Below, in pieces: positions 18,853 to 27,837 of a DNA stretch of 64,000 nt. The notes under the pieces were generated by a model. It saw only the letters and a program-made list of their open reading frames with translations, had not been told where the DNA came from and did not search any database. The DNA comes from an uncultured Blautia sp. (GTDB taxonomy: Bacteria; Bacillota; Clostridia; Lachnospirales; Lachnospiraceae). The stretch covers positions 3,339-67,338 of the forward strand of contig CAMOUV010000001.1 of the NCBI GenBank assembly GCA_946626695.1. Reading direction: 5' to 3'. Position 1 is the first letter of the stretch. The number at the start of each line of letters is the position of its first letter. Position numbers and translations under genes: made by a program.

Positions 18853-20286
18853 ATGAGCACAGACCGTTATACAAGCCCCCTGTCCGAGCGCTATGCCAGC
18901 AGGGAAATGCAGTATATATTTTCCCAGGATATGAAATTCCGCACCTGGCGGCGCCTGTGGATCGCCCTGGCCGAGACGGAAAAAGAGCTTGGTCTCGATA
19001 TTACCCAGGAGCAGATCGACGAGCTGAAGGCCCATGCGGAAGACATCAACTATGATGTGGCTGTCGAGAGAGAAAAAGTGGTTCGGCATGATGTGATGTC
19101 CCATGTGTACGCCTATGGCGTGCAGTGCCCCAAGGCCAAGGGGATCATCCATCTTGGCGCCACCTCCTGCTATGTGGGAGACAATACGGACATGATCGTC
19201 ATGCGGGAAGCCCTCCGCCTGATCCGGCGCAAGCTGGTCAACGTGATCGGGCGTCTGGCCTCCTTCGCGGACGAGTACAAGGCGCTTCCGACCCTGGCCT
19301 TCACCCATTTTCAGCCGGCCCAGCCCACCACGGTGGGGAAAAGAGCCACCCTCTGGATCCAGGAATTCATGATGGACCTGGAGGATCTGGAATATGTGCT
19401 GGGAACCCTGAAGCTTCTGGGATCCAAGGGAACCACCGGAACCCAGGCCAGCTTTCTGGAGCTGTTTGAAGGGGATCAGGAGAAGATCGACCGGATCGAT
19501 CCGATGATCGCGGAGAAAATGGGCTTTGAAGCCTGCTATCCCGTGTCCGGGCAGACCTATTCGAGAAAGGTGGACACCCGGGTCCTGAACATTCTTGCGG
19601 GAATCGCATCCAGCGCCCATAAAATGTCCAATGACATCCGTCTCCTGCAACATCTGAAGGAGGTGGAGGAGCCCTTCGAGAAAACCCAGATCGGTTCCTC
19701 GGCCATGGCGTACAAACGAAACCCGATGCGGAGCGAGCGGATCGCTTCGCTGTCCAGATATGTGATGATCGATGCCCTGAATCCGGCCATAACCGCTGCG
19801 ACCCAGTGGTTTGAGCGGACTCTGGATGATTCCGCCAACAAGAGACTTTCCGTGCCGGAAGGCTTCCTGGCGGTGGACGGGATCCTGGACCTGTGCCTGA
19901 ACGTGGCGGATGGTCTTGTGGTCTATCCGAAGGTCATCGAAAAGCACCTGCGTTCGGAGCTTCCTTTTATGGCCACCGAAAATATCATGATGGATGCGGT
20001 AAAGGCCGGCGGTGACCGTCAGGAGCTGCATGAACGGATCCGGACCCTGTCCATGGAAGCCGGACGTCATGTGAAGGAAGAGGGACGCGACAATGATCTG
20101 CTGGAGCTGATCGCGGCGGATCCGGCTTTTGACCTGACTCTGGAGGAGCTTCAGGCCGCGATGGATCCCTCCCGTTATACAGGACGGGCGGCGGAACAGA
20201 CCGGACGGTATCTGGATACCGTGGTACGTCCGGTGCTGGCAGAGCGAGAGGACCTTCTCGGGCTTACAGCCGAGATCAAGGTATGA
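18853..20286 (+). CDS. purB: Adenylosuccinate lyase
   Basis: SPLSERYAS, RHDVMSH, GSSAMAYKRNPMRSE signature. Start at ATG 18853 after GGAG. Confidence 0.96.
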   Translation: MSTDRYTSPLSERYASREMQYIFSQDMKFRTWRRLWIALAETEKELGLDITQEQIDELKAHAEDINYDVAVEREKVVRHDVMSHVYAYGVQCPKAKGIIHLGATSCYVGDNTDMIVMREALRLIRRKLVNVIGRLASFADEYKALPTLAFTHFQPAQPTTVGKRATLWIQEFMMDLEDLEYVLGTLKLLGSKGTTGTQASFLELFEGDQEKIDRIDPMIAEKMGFEACYPVSGQTYSRKVDTRVLNILAGIASSAHKMSNDIRLLQHLKEVEEPFEKTQIGSSAMAYKRNPMRSERIASLSRYVMIDALNPAITAATQWFERTLDDSANKRLSVPEGFLAVDGILDLCLNVADGLVVYPKVIEKHLRSELPFMATENIMMDAVKAGGDRQELHERIRTLSMEAGRHVKEEGRDNDLLELIAADPAFDLTLEELQAAMDPSRYTGRAAEQTGRYLDTVVRPVLAEREDLLGLTAEIKV

Positions 20287-20303
20287 AAGGAATGCGATAG
20301 TCT

Positions 20304-21578
20304 ATGGTAAAAGCAGTTGTAGGAGCAAACTGGGGAGACGAAGGAAAGGGCAAGATCACGGATATGCTTGCCAGAGAGGCGGATATCATCGTCCGTTTTC
20401 AGGGGGGAGCCAACGCGGGGCATACCATCGTAAACAATTACGGAAAATTCGCGCTTCACACTCTTCCCTCCGGTGTCTTTTATAACCATACCACCAGCAT
20501 CATCGGAAATGGTGTGGCGCTGAACATCCCGGTTTTCTTTAAGGAATATCAGGAAGTGGTGGAAAGAGGCGTTCCGGCACCGAAGGTACTGATCTCGGAC
20601 CGGGCCCAGATCGTCATGCCGTATCACATCCTGTTTGATCAGTATGAAGAGGAACGGCTGGGCGGAAAATCCTTCGGATCGACCAAGTCCGGCATCGCTC
20701 CGTTTTATTCGGATAAATATGCAAAGATCGGCTTCCAGGTGAATGAGCTGTTCTTTGAGGATACCCTGAAGGAGAAGCTTGCCCGGGTGCTGGAGACCAA
20801 AAATGTGCTTCTGGAGCATCTGTATCACAAGCCGCTGCTGAAGGTGGATGAGATTTTTGAGGAGCTGATGCGTTACAGAGAGATGGCGGCACCCTATGTG
20901 TGCGATGTTTCCGCCTATCTGTGGAACGCGATCCGGGAAGGAAAACAGATCCTTCTGGAGGGGCAGCTGGGTTCCCTGAAGGATCCCGATCACGGCATTT
21001 ATCCCATGGTGACCTCCTCCTCGACCCTGGCGGCCTTCGGCGCCATCGGCGCGGGGATTCCGCCTTACGAGATCGGAAAGATCGTGACGGTGGTGAAGGC
21101 GTACTCCAGCGCCGTCGGAGCAGGGGCTTTTGTCTCCGAGATCTTCGGGGAAGAAGCCGATGAACTGAGACGCCGCGGCGGTGACGGCGGAGAATACGGC
21201 GCCACCACAGGCCGGCCGAGAAGAATGGGCTGGTTTGACTGCGTTGCCTCCCGGTATGGCTGCCGGATCCAGGGGACGACGGATGTGGCCTTTACGGTTC
21301 TGGATGTTCTCGGATATCTGGATGAGATCCCGGTATGCACCGGATATGAGATCGATGGAAAGGTGACCACGGATTTCCCGACCACCGGGCTTCTGGAAAA
21401 GGCAAAACCGGTGTTCGAAGTGCTTCCGGGATGGAAGACGGACATCCGCGGAATCCGTACCTACGAAGAGCTTCCGGAGAACTGCCGGAATTACATCGAA
21501 TTTGTGGAAAAGAAGATCGGCTTCCCCATCACCATGATCTCCAACGGTCCCGGACGGGATGATATCATTTATCGGTGA
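20304..21578 (+). CDS. purA: Adenylosuccinate synthetase
   Basis: GANWGDEGKGK, RFQGGANAGHT, GATTGRPRRMGWFD. Confidence 0.97.
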   Translation: MVKAVVGANWGDEGKGKITDMLAREADIIVRFQGGANAGHTIVNNYGKFALHTLPSGVFYNHTTSIIGNGVALNIPVFFKEYQEVVERGVPAPKVLISDRAQIVMPYHILFDQYEEERLGGKSFGSTKSGIAPFYSDKYAKIGFQVNELFFEDTLKEKLARVLETKNVLLEHLYHKPLLKVDEIFEELMRYREMAAPYVCDVSAYLWNAIREGKQILLEGQLGSLKDPDHGIYPMVTSSSTLAAFGAIGAGIPPYEIGKIVTVVKAYSSAVGAGAFVSEIFGEEADELRRRGGDGGEYGATTGRPRRMGWFDCVASRYGCRIQGTTDVAFTVLDVLGYLDEIPVCTGYEIDGKVTTDFPTTGLLEKAKPVFEVLPGWKTDIRGIRTYEELPENCRNYIEFVEKKIGFPITMISNGPGRDDIIYR

Positions 21579-22402
21579 AATGCATGAAAGATAAGAAACG
21601 TATCCTGGCTCTGCTGGGGGTGGGACTGCTGCTGATCGTCTGCTGTCTTCCCATGATCTTTGCCTTCCGGAGCGGCGAAAACTCCCAGGGCGAATTCATG
21701 GCGGTCGTGGGGATCGCGATCTTTGTCCCGGTGTTCGCCTATATCTGCATGACGGTCTACCGTGTGCTGAAGGGACGAAAAACGCAGACAAGGGAAGAGG
21801 GGATCCGGAATGTGGTGTTTGACGTCGGAAATGTCCTGATGGATTATAACTGGCCGGATTACCTGAAAAGCTTTGGCTTTGATAAGGAAAAATACGAACG
21901 GCTGGCGGATGTGATCTTCCGGAGCACGACCTGGAACGAACGGGACCGGGGCGGAAAAGAAGAGGAAGAATACATCCAGGCCATGGTGAAGGAAGCCCCG
22001 GAATACGAGAGTGAGATCCGTGAGATCATGCGGCGTTCCTACGAATGTATTCATCCCATGGAATATAATGTGACCTGGGTCCGTTTTCTGAAGGAGCAGG
22101 GCTGCCGTCTGTATGTTCTTTCCAATTTCTGCCGGTACATGCTGGATGTAAACCGGAAGGACATGGCGTTCCTTCCCTATATGGACGGAGCGATCTTTTC
22201 CTGTGAGGTCAATCTGATCAAACCGGGACCGGAGATCTACCGGAAGCTTCTGGAAGAATACCGGCTGGATCCTTCGGAATGCGTCTTCATCGACGACCGG
22301 CAGGAAAACTGTGACACGGCCGCATCTCTGGGAATGAAAACGATCCGTTTTGAAAACTTCCCCCAGGCGGCGAAAAAGCTGGAGGCCATGTTAAAACCGT
22401 GA
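21575..22402 (+). CDS. HAD-family phosphatase fused to two N-terminal transmembrane helices
   Basis: Two hydrophobic segments, then VVFDVGNVL, LSN, KPGPEIY, FIDDRQEN motifs. Confidence 0.85.
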   Translation: MKCMKDKKRILALLGVGLLLIVCCLPMIFAFRSGENSQGEFMAVVGIAIFVPVFAYICMTVYRVLKGRKTQTREEGIRNVVFDVGNVLMDYNWPDYLKSFGFDKEKYERLADVIFRSTTWNERDRGGKEEEEYIQAMVKEAPEYESEIREIMRRSYECIHPMEYNVTWVRFLKEQGCRLYVLSNFCRYMLDVNRKDMAFLPYMDGAIFSCEVNLIKPGPEIYRKLLEEYRLDPSECVFIDDRQENCDTAASLGMKTIRFENFPQAAKKLEAMLKP

Positions 22403-22453
22403 ATGTCCGTGCTGCCCCTGGCAGTCCGGAAAAGATAGAAAAGAGGAGTTATT

Positions 22454-22966
22454 ATGAGCGAAAAGACACTTTTGGAACAGTGGCGCGGGATCGCCTACGA
22501 TCAGAACGCCGACAAAGGAAAGCTCCAGAGATTCTGGGCAGAATATTTCAACATCGAAAAAGGAATCTATGAGCAGCTTCTGTCTGAGCCGGATGTGCAG
22601 GTGACCGGAACCGTGAAAGAGCTGGCGGAAAAATACGGCCAGTCCGTGATGACCATGACCGGTTTTCTGGATGGCATCAATGACAGCCTTGTGGAGCCGA
22701 ACCCCATCGAGACCATGGATGAGGACACTCCGGTTTCCCTGGCCTTTGACAAGGAAAAGCTGTACAAGAATATGGTGGATGCGAAGGCAGACTGGCTGTA
22801 CGGCCTTCCGCAGTGGAACGATATTTTCAGCGAAGAGAAGCAGAAGGAACTGTATCTGGAACAGAAAAAGTCCGGTACCATTGTAAAGCCCCAGAAGATC
22901 GGCCGCAATGATCCCTGCCCCTGCGGAAGCGGGAAAAAGTACAAATACTGCTGCGGCAGAGCATAA
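22454..22966 (+). CDS. SEC-C metal-binding domain protein
   Basis: C-terminal [21 protein letters not shown]. Confidence 0.92.
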   Translation: MSEKTLLEQWRGIAYDQNADKGKLQRFWAEYFNIEKGIYEQLLSEPDVQVTGTVKELAEKYGQSVMTMTGFLDGINDSLVEPNPIETMDEDTPVSLAFDKEKLYKNMVDAKADWLYGLPQWNDIFSEEKQKELYLEQKKSGTIVKPQKIGRNDPCPCGSGKKYKYCCGRA

Positions 22967-22979
22967 GATGATTAAGAAG

Positions 22980-23013
22980 AACACCCGTCAGGATGACTCC
23001 CGGCGGGTGTTTT
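22980..23013 (+). terminator. Intrinsic terminator after the SEC-C gene
   Basis: AACACCCGTC...GGCGGGTGTT stem followed by TT. Confidence 0.65.
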
Positions 23014-23057
23014 AAAAAGAGACGGAGACTCCTGTGATCAGCAGGAAAAAGGAAATC

Positions 23058-23813
23058 ATGGAAGCAGTATTTCTTATCCTGGCGGTACTGAGCCTGGCCT
23101 ATTATATGGTTGTAATTATATGCTCCGGATACGGGACCAGCTTTGCATGGTTCTGGATCCTGACGGGAGCTGTTTTTCTGCTGCTTTTCGTTCTTCTCCG
23201 ATATGACCGCACCCATCCGGGGAACGTTCCCCTCTGGGGAAAGAGGATCCTGTTCGGCCTCCTTCTGACCGGGTTTGCCGCCTTTCTTTTTCTGTTTTCC
23301 AGAGTGGTCAGCGGCATGCATGCCCAGGCGCCGGAAGGACTCTCTTATCTGGTGGTTCTGGGAGCGAAGGTCCGGGATGACCGGCCCTCCAGAGCCCTGC
23401 GGAAAAGGCTGGAGACGGCGCTTGCCTACGCGGAGCAGAATCCGGAAACAATGCTGATCCTGTCCGGCGGACAGGGGCCCGACGAGCAGATCTCAGAAGC
23501 CGCCTGCATGGAGAAATGGCTCACGGAGAAGGGGATGGATCCTTCCAGGCTGATCCTGGAGGATGCCTCCACGGACACCCGGGAAAATCTGATCTACGCA
23601 GCGGAGAAAAGCGGCTGCGGGGAAAGTCCGACCGGGATCGTCACCAACAATTTTCATGTATACAGAGCGCTAAGGCTGGCGGAGAGTCTGGGATATACAC
23701 AGGCCAGCGGCATGGCGGCGCCTACAAGCCCGGCGGTCATTCTGCCGCATTATATGGTCCGGGAGGCTTTCGCCCTGGCAAAGGAGCTCGTTACCGGAAA
23801 TATTTCATTCTGA
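23058..23813 (+). CDS. YdcF/DUF218 (ElyC/SanA-like) membrane protein
   Basis: N-terminal TMs, LVVLGAKV, LSGGQG.DE..SEA..M, EDASTDTREN, IVTNNFHVYRA, REAFA. Confidence 0.88.
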   Translation: MEAVFLILAVLSLAYYMVVIICSGYGTSFAWFWILTGAVFLLLFVLLRYDRTHPGNVPLWGKRILFGLLLTGFAAFLFLFSRVVSGMHAQAPEGLSYLVVLGAKVRDDRPSRALRKRLETALAYAEQNPETMLILSGGQGPDEQISEAACMEKWLTEKGMDPSRLILEDASTDTRENLIYAAEKSGCGESPTGIVTNNFHVYRALRLAESLGYTQASGMAAPTSPAVILPHYMVREAFALAKELVTGNISF

Positions 23814-24660
23814 TCTCTTCCACAGGCATCTCCTGTCCGGTCCAGAGCCGGAAGGCTTCGGCGCCCTGATACAGCAGCATGTACATGCCGTTGAAAACGG
23901 CGCAGCCGGCGTCCTCAGCCTGCCTGAGAAGAAGAGTCCGCCTGGGATTGTAAATGATATCCGCCACGGTGAGACCAGGATGAAGGACGGAGGGATCCGG
24001 GAGGATGGATGTTCCGGTATCCGGAGCCATCCCCACGCTGGTGGCATTGATCAGCATGTCAGAGCCGCCCAGTACCTGCGCGAGCGTTTCCGTGTCCTCG
24101 TTGTCATGAAGGCAAGCTCTGCAGGGAAGCGTATCGTTGATGGTACGGATCAGGGCCTCGGCCCTGTCCCGGAAACGGCTTTGGGAGCGGACAAACTGAT
24201 GGATCTCGGCTGCACCGCTTAAGGCAGCCTGGGCACAGATGGCGGTAGCTGCGCCTCCGGCACCCATCAGTACGAGCTTTTTGCCGGTTATGTCATGGCC
24301 GGCATCCCGCGCGGACCGCACAAAACCGATCCCGTCGGTGTTGTACCCGGTCATCCGTCCGTCCGGATCCACCACCACCGTGTTGACGGCGCCGATCAGT
24401 CTGGCTTCGGGAGAAAGGTCATCCAGCAGAGGAACGATCCGGTTCTTCAGCGGCATGGTGAGGTTAAAGCCCCGGATGCGGCAGGCCCGCAGACCGCGGA
24501 CAGCTTCCTCCAGCGTTTCTTCCGTGACGTCAAAGCAGAGATAGACCGAGTCGATTCCCAGCAGCCGGAAGGCTTCGTTGTGCATGAGGGGAGAGATGCT
24601 GTGAGAGACCGGACTGCCCAGCAGGGCGGTCAGACCGGTGGTTCCTGTGATTGTATTCAT
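23791..24660 (-). CDS. aroE: Shikimate/quinate dehydrogenase (AroE/YdiB-like)
   Basis: LLGSPVSHSISPLMHN, GFNLTMP, GAVNT, YNTDGIG, GAGGAA, INATSVGM, MLLYQGA. Confidence 0.93.
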   Translation of the reverse strand: MNTITGTTGLTALLGSPVSHSISPLMHNEAFRLLGIDSVYLCFDVTEETLEEAVRGLRACRIRGFNLTMPLKNRIVPLLDDLSPEARLIGAVNTVVVDPDGRMTGYNTDGIGFVRSARDAGHDITGKKLVLMGAGGAATAICAQAALSGAAEIHQFVRSQSRFRDRAEALIRTINDTLPCRACLHDNEDTETLAQVLGGSDMLINATSVGMAPDTGTSILPDPSVLHPGLTVADIIYNPRRTLLLRQAEDAGCAVFNGMYMLLYQGAEAFRLWTGQEMPVEEIRMKYFR

Positions 24661-24782
24661 GGGTAAATCCTTTCAGAACATGATTACGGCGCTGCGGGAG
24701 AGGCAGCAGACGCTGGTCTCCGGCCTGCCTTCAGCTGAATCTATGATAAAGAAATGCGTCTGATTTTGTCAAGGAGGAACAT

Positions 24783-25544
24783 ATGACAAAACCCGTTTTT
24801 GTGAAAGACTGTATCATCGGGGAGGGAATCCCCTGTATCTGTGTGCCGGTGACCGGTAAAACCCGGGAGGAGATCCTCTCTCAGACGGCCGAAGCAGTAA
24901 AGGCCGGAGCCGATCTGGTGGAATGGCGGGCGGATCTGTGGGAAGAAGAGAACCGCCTGGCCCGGGTGGAAGAAATGCTCTTTGCCCTGGACGGTGTCCT
25001 GAAGGGAATTCCGCTTCTGTTCACGGTCCGGTCCTCGGAGGAGGGGGGGATCCTTGCGATCTCGCCGGAGGAGCAGACGGCACTGATCGAACGGGCGGCC
25101 GCCAGCGGAAAAACGGATCTGGCGGATGTGGAATATCTGCGGGATCCCGAGGCGATGAAACGTCTGATCCGGAATCTGCATTCCCGGGGCGTGGCCGTGA
25201 TCGCTTCCTCCCATGATTTTGAAAGAACGGGAACCAGGGAGGAGCTTCTGGAAAAGCTGGACCGGCTGGATCAAAGCGGGGCAGACATCCTGAAACTGGC
25301 CGTCATGCCGGAAAACAGCGAAGATGTGGAGGTGCTGATGGAAGCGGTCTCCGAGATGAGCCGGAACCATACGCAGAAACCGCTGATCGCCATGTCCATG
25401 GGAGACCTGGGGCAGATCAGCCGGATCCGGGGCGAAGCCTTCGGATCTTCCGTCACCTTCGGAACAGCCGGACCCGGGTCTGCGCCCGGACAGCTTCCCG
25501 TGGCGGAGCTGCGTGAAAAGATGGAAGCCTTTCATACCGTGTAA
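24783..25544 (+). CDS. aroD: Type I 3-dehydroquinate dehydratase
   Basis: ADLVEWRAD, LLFTVRSSEEGG, SSHDFERT, KLAVMP, IAMSMGDLGQISR, APGQ. Confidence 0.94.
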   Translation: MTKPVFVKDCIIGEGIPCICVPVTGKTREEILSQTAEAVKAGADLVEWRADLWEEENRLARVEEMLFALDGVLKGIPLLFTVRSSEEGGILAISPEEQTALIERAAASGKTDLADVEYLRDPEAMKRLIRNLHSRGVAVIASSHDFERTGTREELLEKLDRLDQSGADILKLAVMPENSEDVEVLMEAVSEMSRNHTQKPLIAMSMGDLGQISRIRGEAFGSSVTFGTAGPGSAPGQLPVAELREKMEAFHTV

Positions 25545-25559
25545 CCGGTTTTCGTGCAA

Positions 25560-25593
25560 CAAAATCTCGAAAAACCTCGAAAAAGCTCGAACG
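25560..25593. repeat. Three-unit 10-bp tandem array (A)AAAA[T/C/G]CTCG + AACG, copy 1
   Basis: caaaatctcg aaaaacctcg aaaaagctcg aacg; nearly identical array at 61661-61704. Confidence 0.9.
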
Positions 25594-25606
25594 ATTTTCC
25601 TTCGGA

Positions 25607-25650
25607 TTCGACAGGGTTCGACAAGATTCTGAAAAGAGATCCGTTATAAT
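25607..25650 (+). promoter_or_regulatory. Putative Spo0A-dependent promoter: two perfect 0A boxes over the -35 region plus TATAAT
   Basis: TTCGACA at 25607-25613 and 25617-25623 (reverse complement of TGTCGAA); TATAAT at 25645-25650; no consensus -35. Confidence 0.7.
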
Positions 25651-25718
25651 ACCCCTGCACAACATACAGTAAGCGAAGCGTTTTTCTTCGTTTACGGGAA
25701 AGTGAGGGGGCAGGGCGT

Positions 25719-26336
25719 ATGTACGGCACACAGGCGGAAAAAACGGCCGGTTACAAAGAAGAACAGGATCTGCTGCGGCGGATGCGGAGAGAGAAGGACA
25801 GGAAGGCCCGGGAACGGCTGATCTGCGGATCTCTCTGGATGGTCCGGCATATTGCAGGGCAGTTTCACGTATATGGAACCGCTGAGGATCTGGTTTCCGT
25901 GGGAACACTGGGCCTGATCAAGGCCGTGGATTCCTACGACAGCCGGAAGAAAAACCGGCTTGGCTGTTACGCGGTCCGCTGTATTGCCAACGAGATCCGC
26001 ACCTATCTTCGCAAAGAAGGCGCTCACATGACGGTATCGCTGGAGACATTGCCGGACCAGAATCTGTTGTACAGGGAGGGCTCCATGGAACCGATCGGAA
26101 AAACCTATCCAGAGCCGCAGAAAGCGGCGGAAAAAGCCTGGGAGCTGCAGTGCCTCGCGGCGCTGCTGGAGAAACTGCCGGAGATGGACCGGGAGCTGCT
26201 CCGTCTTCGGTTTCTGGAGGACCGGCCGATGACCCAGAGGGAAACGGCAGAGAAACTCGGAACCAGCCAGTCCTATGTCTCCCGCCGGGAAAAAAAGATC
26301 CTCGCCGCTTTACGGGGCGGACTGGAGGCAGAATGA
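25719..26336 (+). CDS. SigE/SigK-family RNA polymerase sigma factor without pro-sequence (SigE-like, divergent)
   Basis: EDLVSVGTLGLIKAVDSY (region 2.2-2.3), YAVRCIANEI, TQRETAEKLGTSQSYVSRREKKIL (region 4.2, SigE-like SQSY); RBS GAGGGGG. Confidence 0.85.
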   Translation: MYGTQAEKTAGYKEEQDLLRRMRREKDRKARERLICGSLWMVRHIAGQFHVYGTAEDLVSVGTLGLIKAVDSYDSRKKNRLGCYAVRCIANEIRTYLRKEGAHMTVSLETLPDQNLLYREGSMEPIGKTYPEPQKAAEKAWELQCLAALLEKLPEMDRELLRLRFLEDRPMTQRETAEKLGTSQSYVSRREKKILAALRGGLEAE

Positions 26337-26386
26337 AGGTTGCTTAATTTATTGCTTTAAAGCGACAATGCTTTACAAAAAAGAAG

Positions 26387-26415
26387 TTTACCTTTCGGGC
26401 AAAGAGTGTTATGAT
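26387..26415 (+). promoter_or_regulatory. sigma-A promoter of the paaK-ACT operon
   Basis: TTTACC-17 bp-TATGAT with extended TG. Confidence 0.55.
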
Positions 26416-26495
26416 TATCCTGTAAACCTTTCATCCGGCCATGCCCGCCGGAACGACCGAGATTCAGATATACAGAAAGAGAGGGAACGAAGCAA

Positions 26496-27803
26496 ATGGG
26501 AAGATATTTTCAGCCGGAGATCGAGACTGCATCGCAGGAACAGATCCGGGAGTGGCAGAGTGAACGTCTTGTAAGACAGATTCAGAACGTCTGGGACAAT
26601 GTACCAATATATCGTAAAAGGATGGAAGAAGCAGGGCTGACCCCCGCGGACATTCAGTCGGTGGATGACCTGAAAAAGCTTCCGTTTATCACAAAAGATG
26701 ATCTCAGAGATGAATACCCCTTTGGACTTCTGGCAAGACCTCTCAGTGAGTGTGTCCGTATTCAGTCAACAAGCGGTACTACCGGACGCCGTGTGGTAGC
26801 CTTCTACACCCAGCATGACGTGGACCTGTGGGAGGAGTGCTGTGCAAGAGCGATCGTGGCAGCCGGAGGAACGGAAGAGGATGTCTGCCAGATCTGCTAC
26901 GGCTATGGACTGTTTACCGGCGGCCCCGGACTGAACGGCGGTTCCCACAAGGTGGGATGCCTTACCCTTCCCATGTCTTCCGGAAATACAGAGAGACAGA
27001 TCCAGTTCATGACGGACCTTGGCTCCACCATTCTCTGCTGCACGCCTTCCTATGCAGCCTATCTGGCAGAAAGCATTCATGAAAGAGGCGTTCGCGACCA
27101 GATCAGACTGAAGGCAGGCATCTTCGGCGCAGAAGCATGGACCGAAGAAATGCGTCATGACATCGAAGACAAGCTTGGCATCAAGGCATATGATATTTAC
27201 GGACTGACCGAGATCTCCGGCCCCGGCGTATCCTTCGAGTGTTCCGAACAGCGCGGCATGCATGTCAATGAGGATCATTTTATCGCGGAGGTCATCAATC
27301 CGAAGACCGGCGAGGTTCTGCCGGACGGTGAAAAAGGCGAACTGGTGTTTACCAGCATCACCAAGGAAGCCTTCCCGCTGATCCGTTACCGTACAAGGGA
27401 CATCTGCATCCTGACCCACGAGAAGTGCTCCTGCGGCCGTACCCATGTCCGCATGACCAAACCGCTGGGCCGCAGCGACGACATGCTGATCGTCAAGGGC
27501 GTCAATGTATTCCCGTCCCAGATCGAGACCGTTCTGATCAACAAGGGATATCCGGCAAACTATCAGATCATCGTCGACCGTGTGAACAACAGCGATACCA
27601 TTGAGGTTCAGGTGGAGATGACACCGGAGATGTTCTCCGACAGTCTGAGTGCGGTTTCCGCCAAGGAAAAAGAACTGGTCGACGCGCTGAAGGCGATGCT
27701 CGGCATCTATGCGAAAGTGAAGCTGGTCAATCCGAAAGCCATTACCCGGAGCGAGGGCAAGGCCGTCCGTGTCATTGACAAGCGTAACCTGTATCAGGGA
27801 TAA
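26496..27803 (+). CDS. paaK: Phenylacetate (arylacetate)-CoA ligase
   Basis: QSTSGTTG P-loop, YGYGLFTGG, DIYGLTEISGPGV, PLIRYRTRD, GRSDDMLIVKGVNVFPSQIE, GKAVRVID. Confidence 0.92.
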   Translation: MGRYFQPEIETASQEQIREWQSERLVRQIQNVWDNVPIYRKRMEEAGLTPADIQSVDDLKKLPFITKDDLRDEYPFGLLARPLSECVRIQSTSGTTGRRVVAFYTQHDVDLWEECCARAIVAAGGTEEDVCQICYGYGLFTGGPGLNGGSHKVGCLTLPMSSGNTERQIQFMTDLGSTILCCTPSYAAYLAESIHERGVRDQIRLKAGIFGAEAWTEEMRHDIEDKLGIKAYDIYGLTEISGPGVSFECSEQRGMHVNEDHFIAEVINPKTGEVLPDGEKGELVFTSITKEAFPLIRYRTRDICILTHEKCSCGRTHVRMTKPLGRSDDMLIVKGVNVFPSQIETVLINKGYPANYQIIVDRVNNSDTIEVQVEMTPEMFSDSLSAVSAKEKELVDALKAMLGIYAKVKLVNPKAITRSEGKAVRVIDKRNLYQG

Positions 27804-27837
27804 GGATCCTGCAAGGAAGAGAAAAGGAGGGAAGACC

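Noticed and set aside
23791-23813. 23-bp convergent overlap of the ydcF-like gene and aroE
   Set aside because: Short tail-to-tail overlaps are common, and there is no evidence of regulatory significance
25650-25718. Open 23-codon frame upstream of the sigma ATG (includes KRSVFLRLRE), reminiscent of a pro-peptide
   Set aside because: No in-frame ATG/GTG/TTG or RBS, and it begins at the -10 element; at most an untranslated relic
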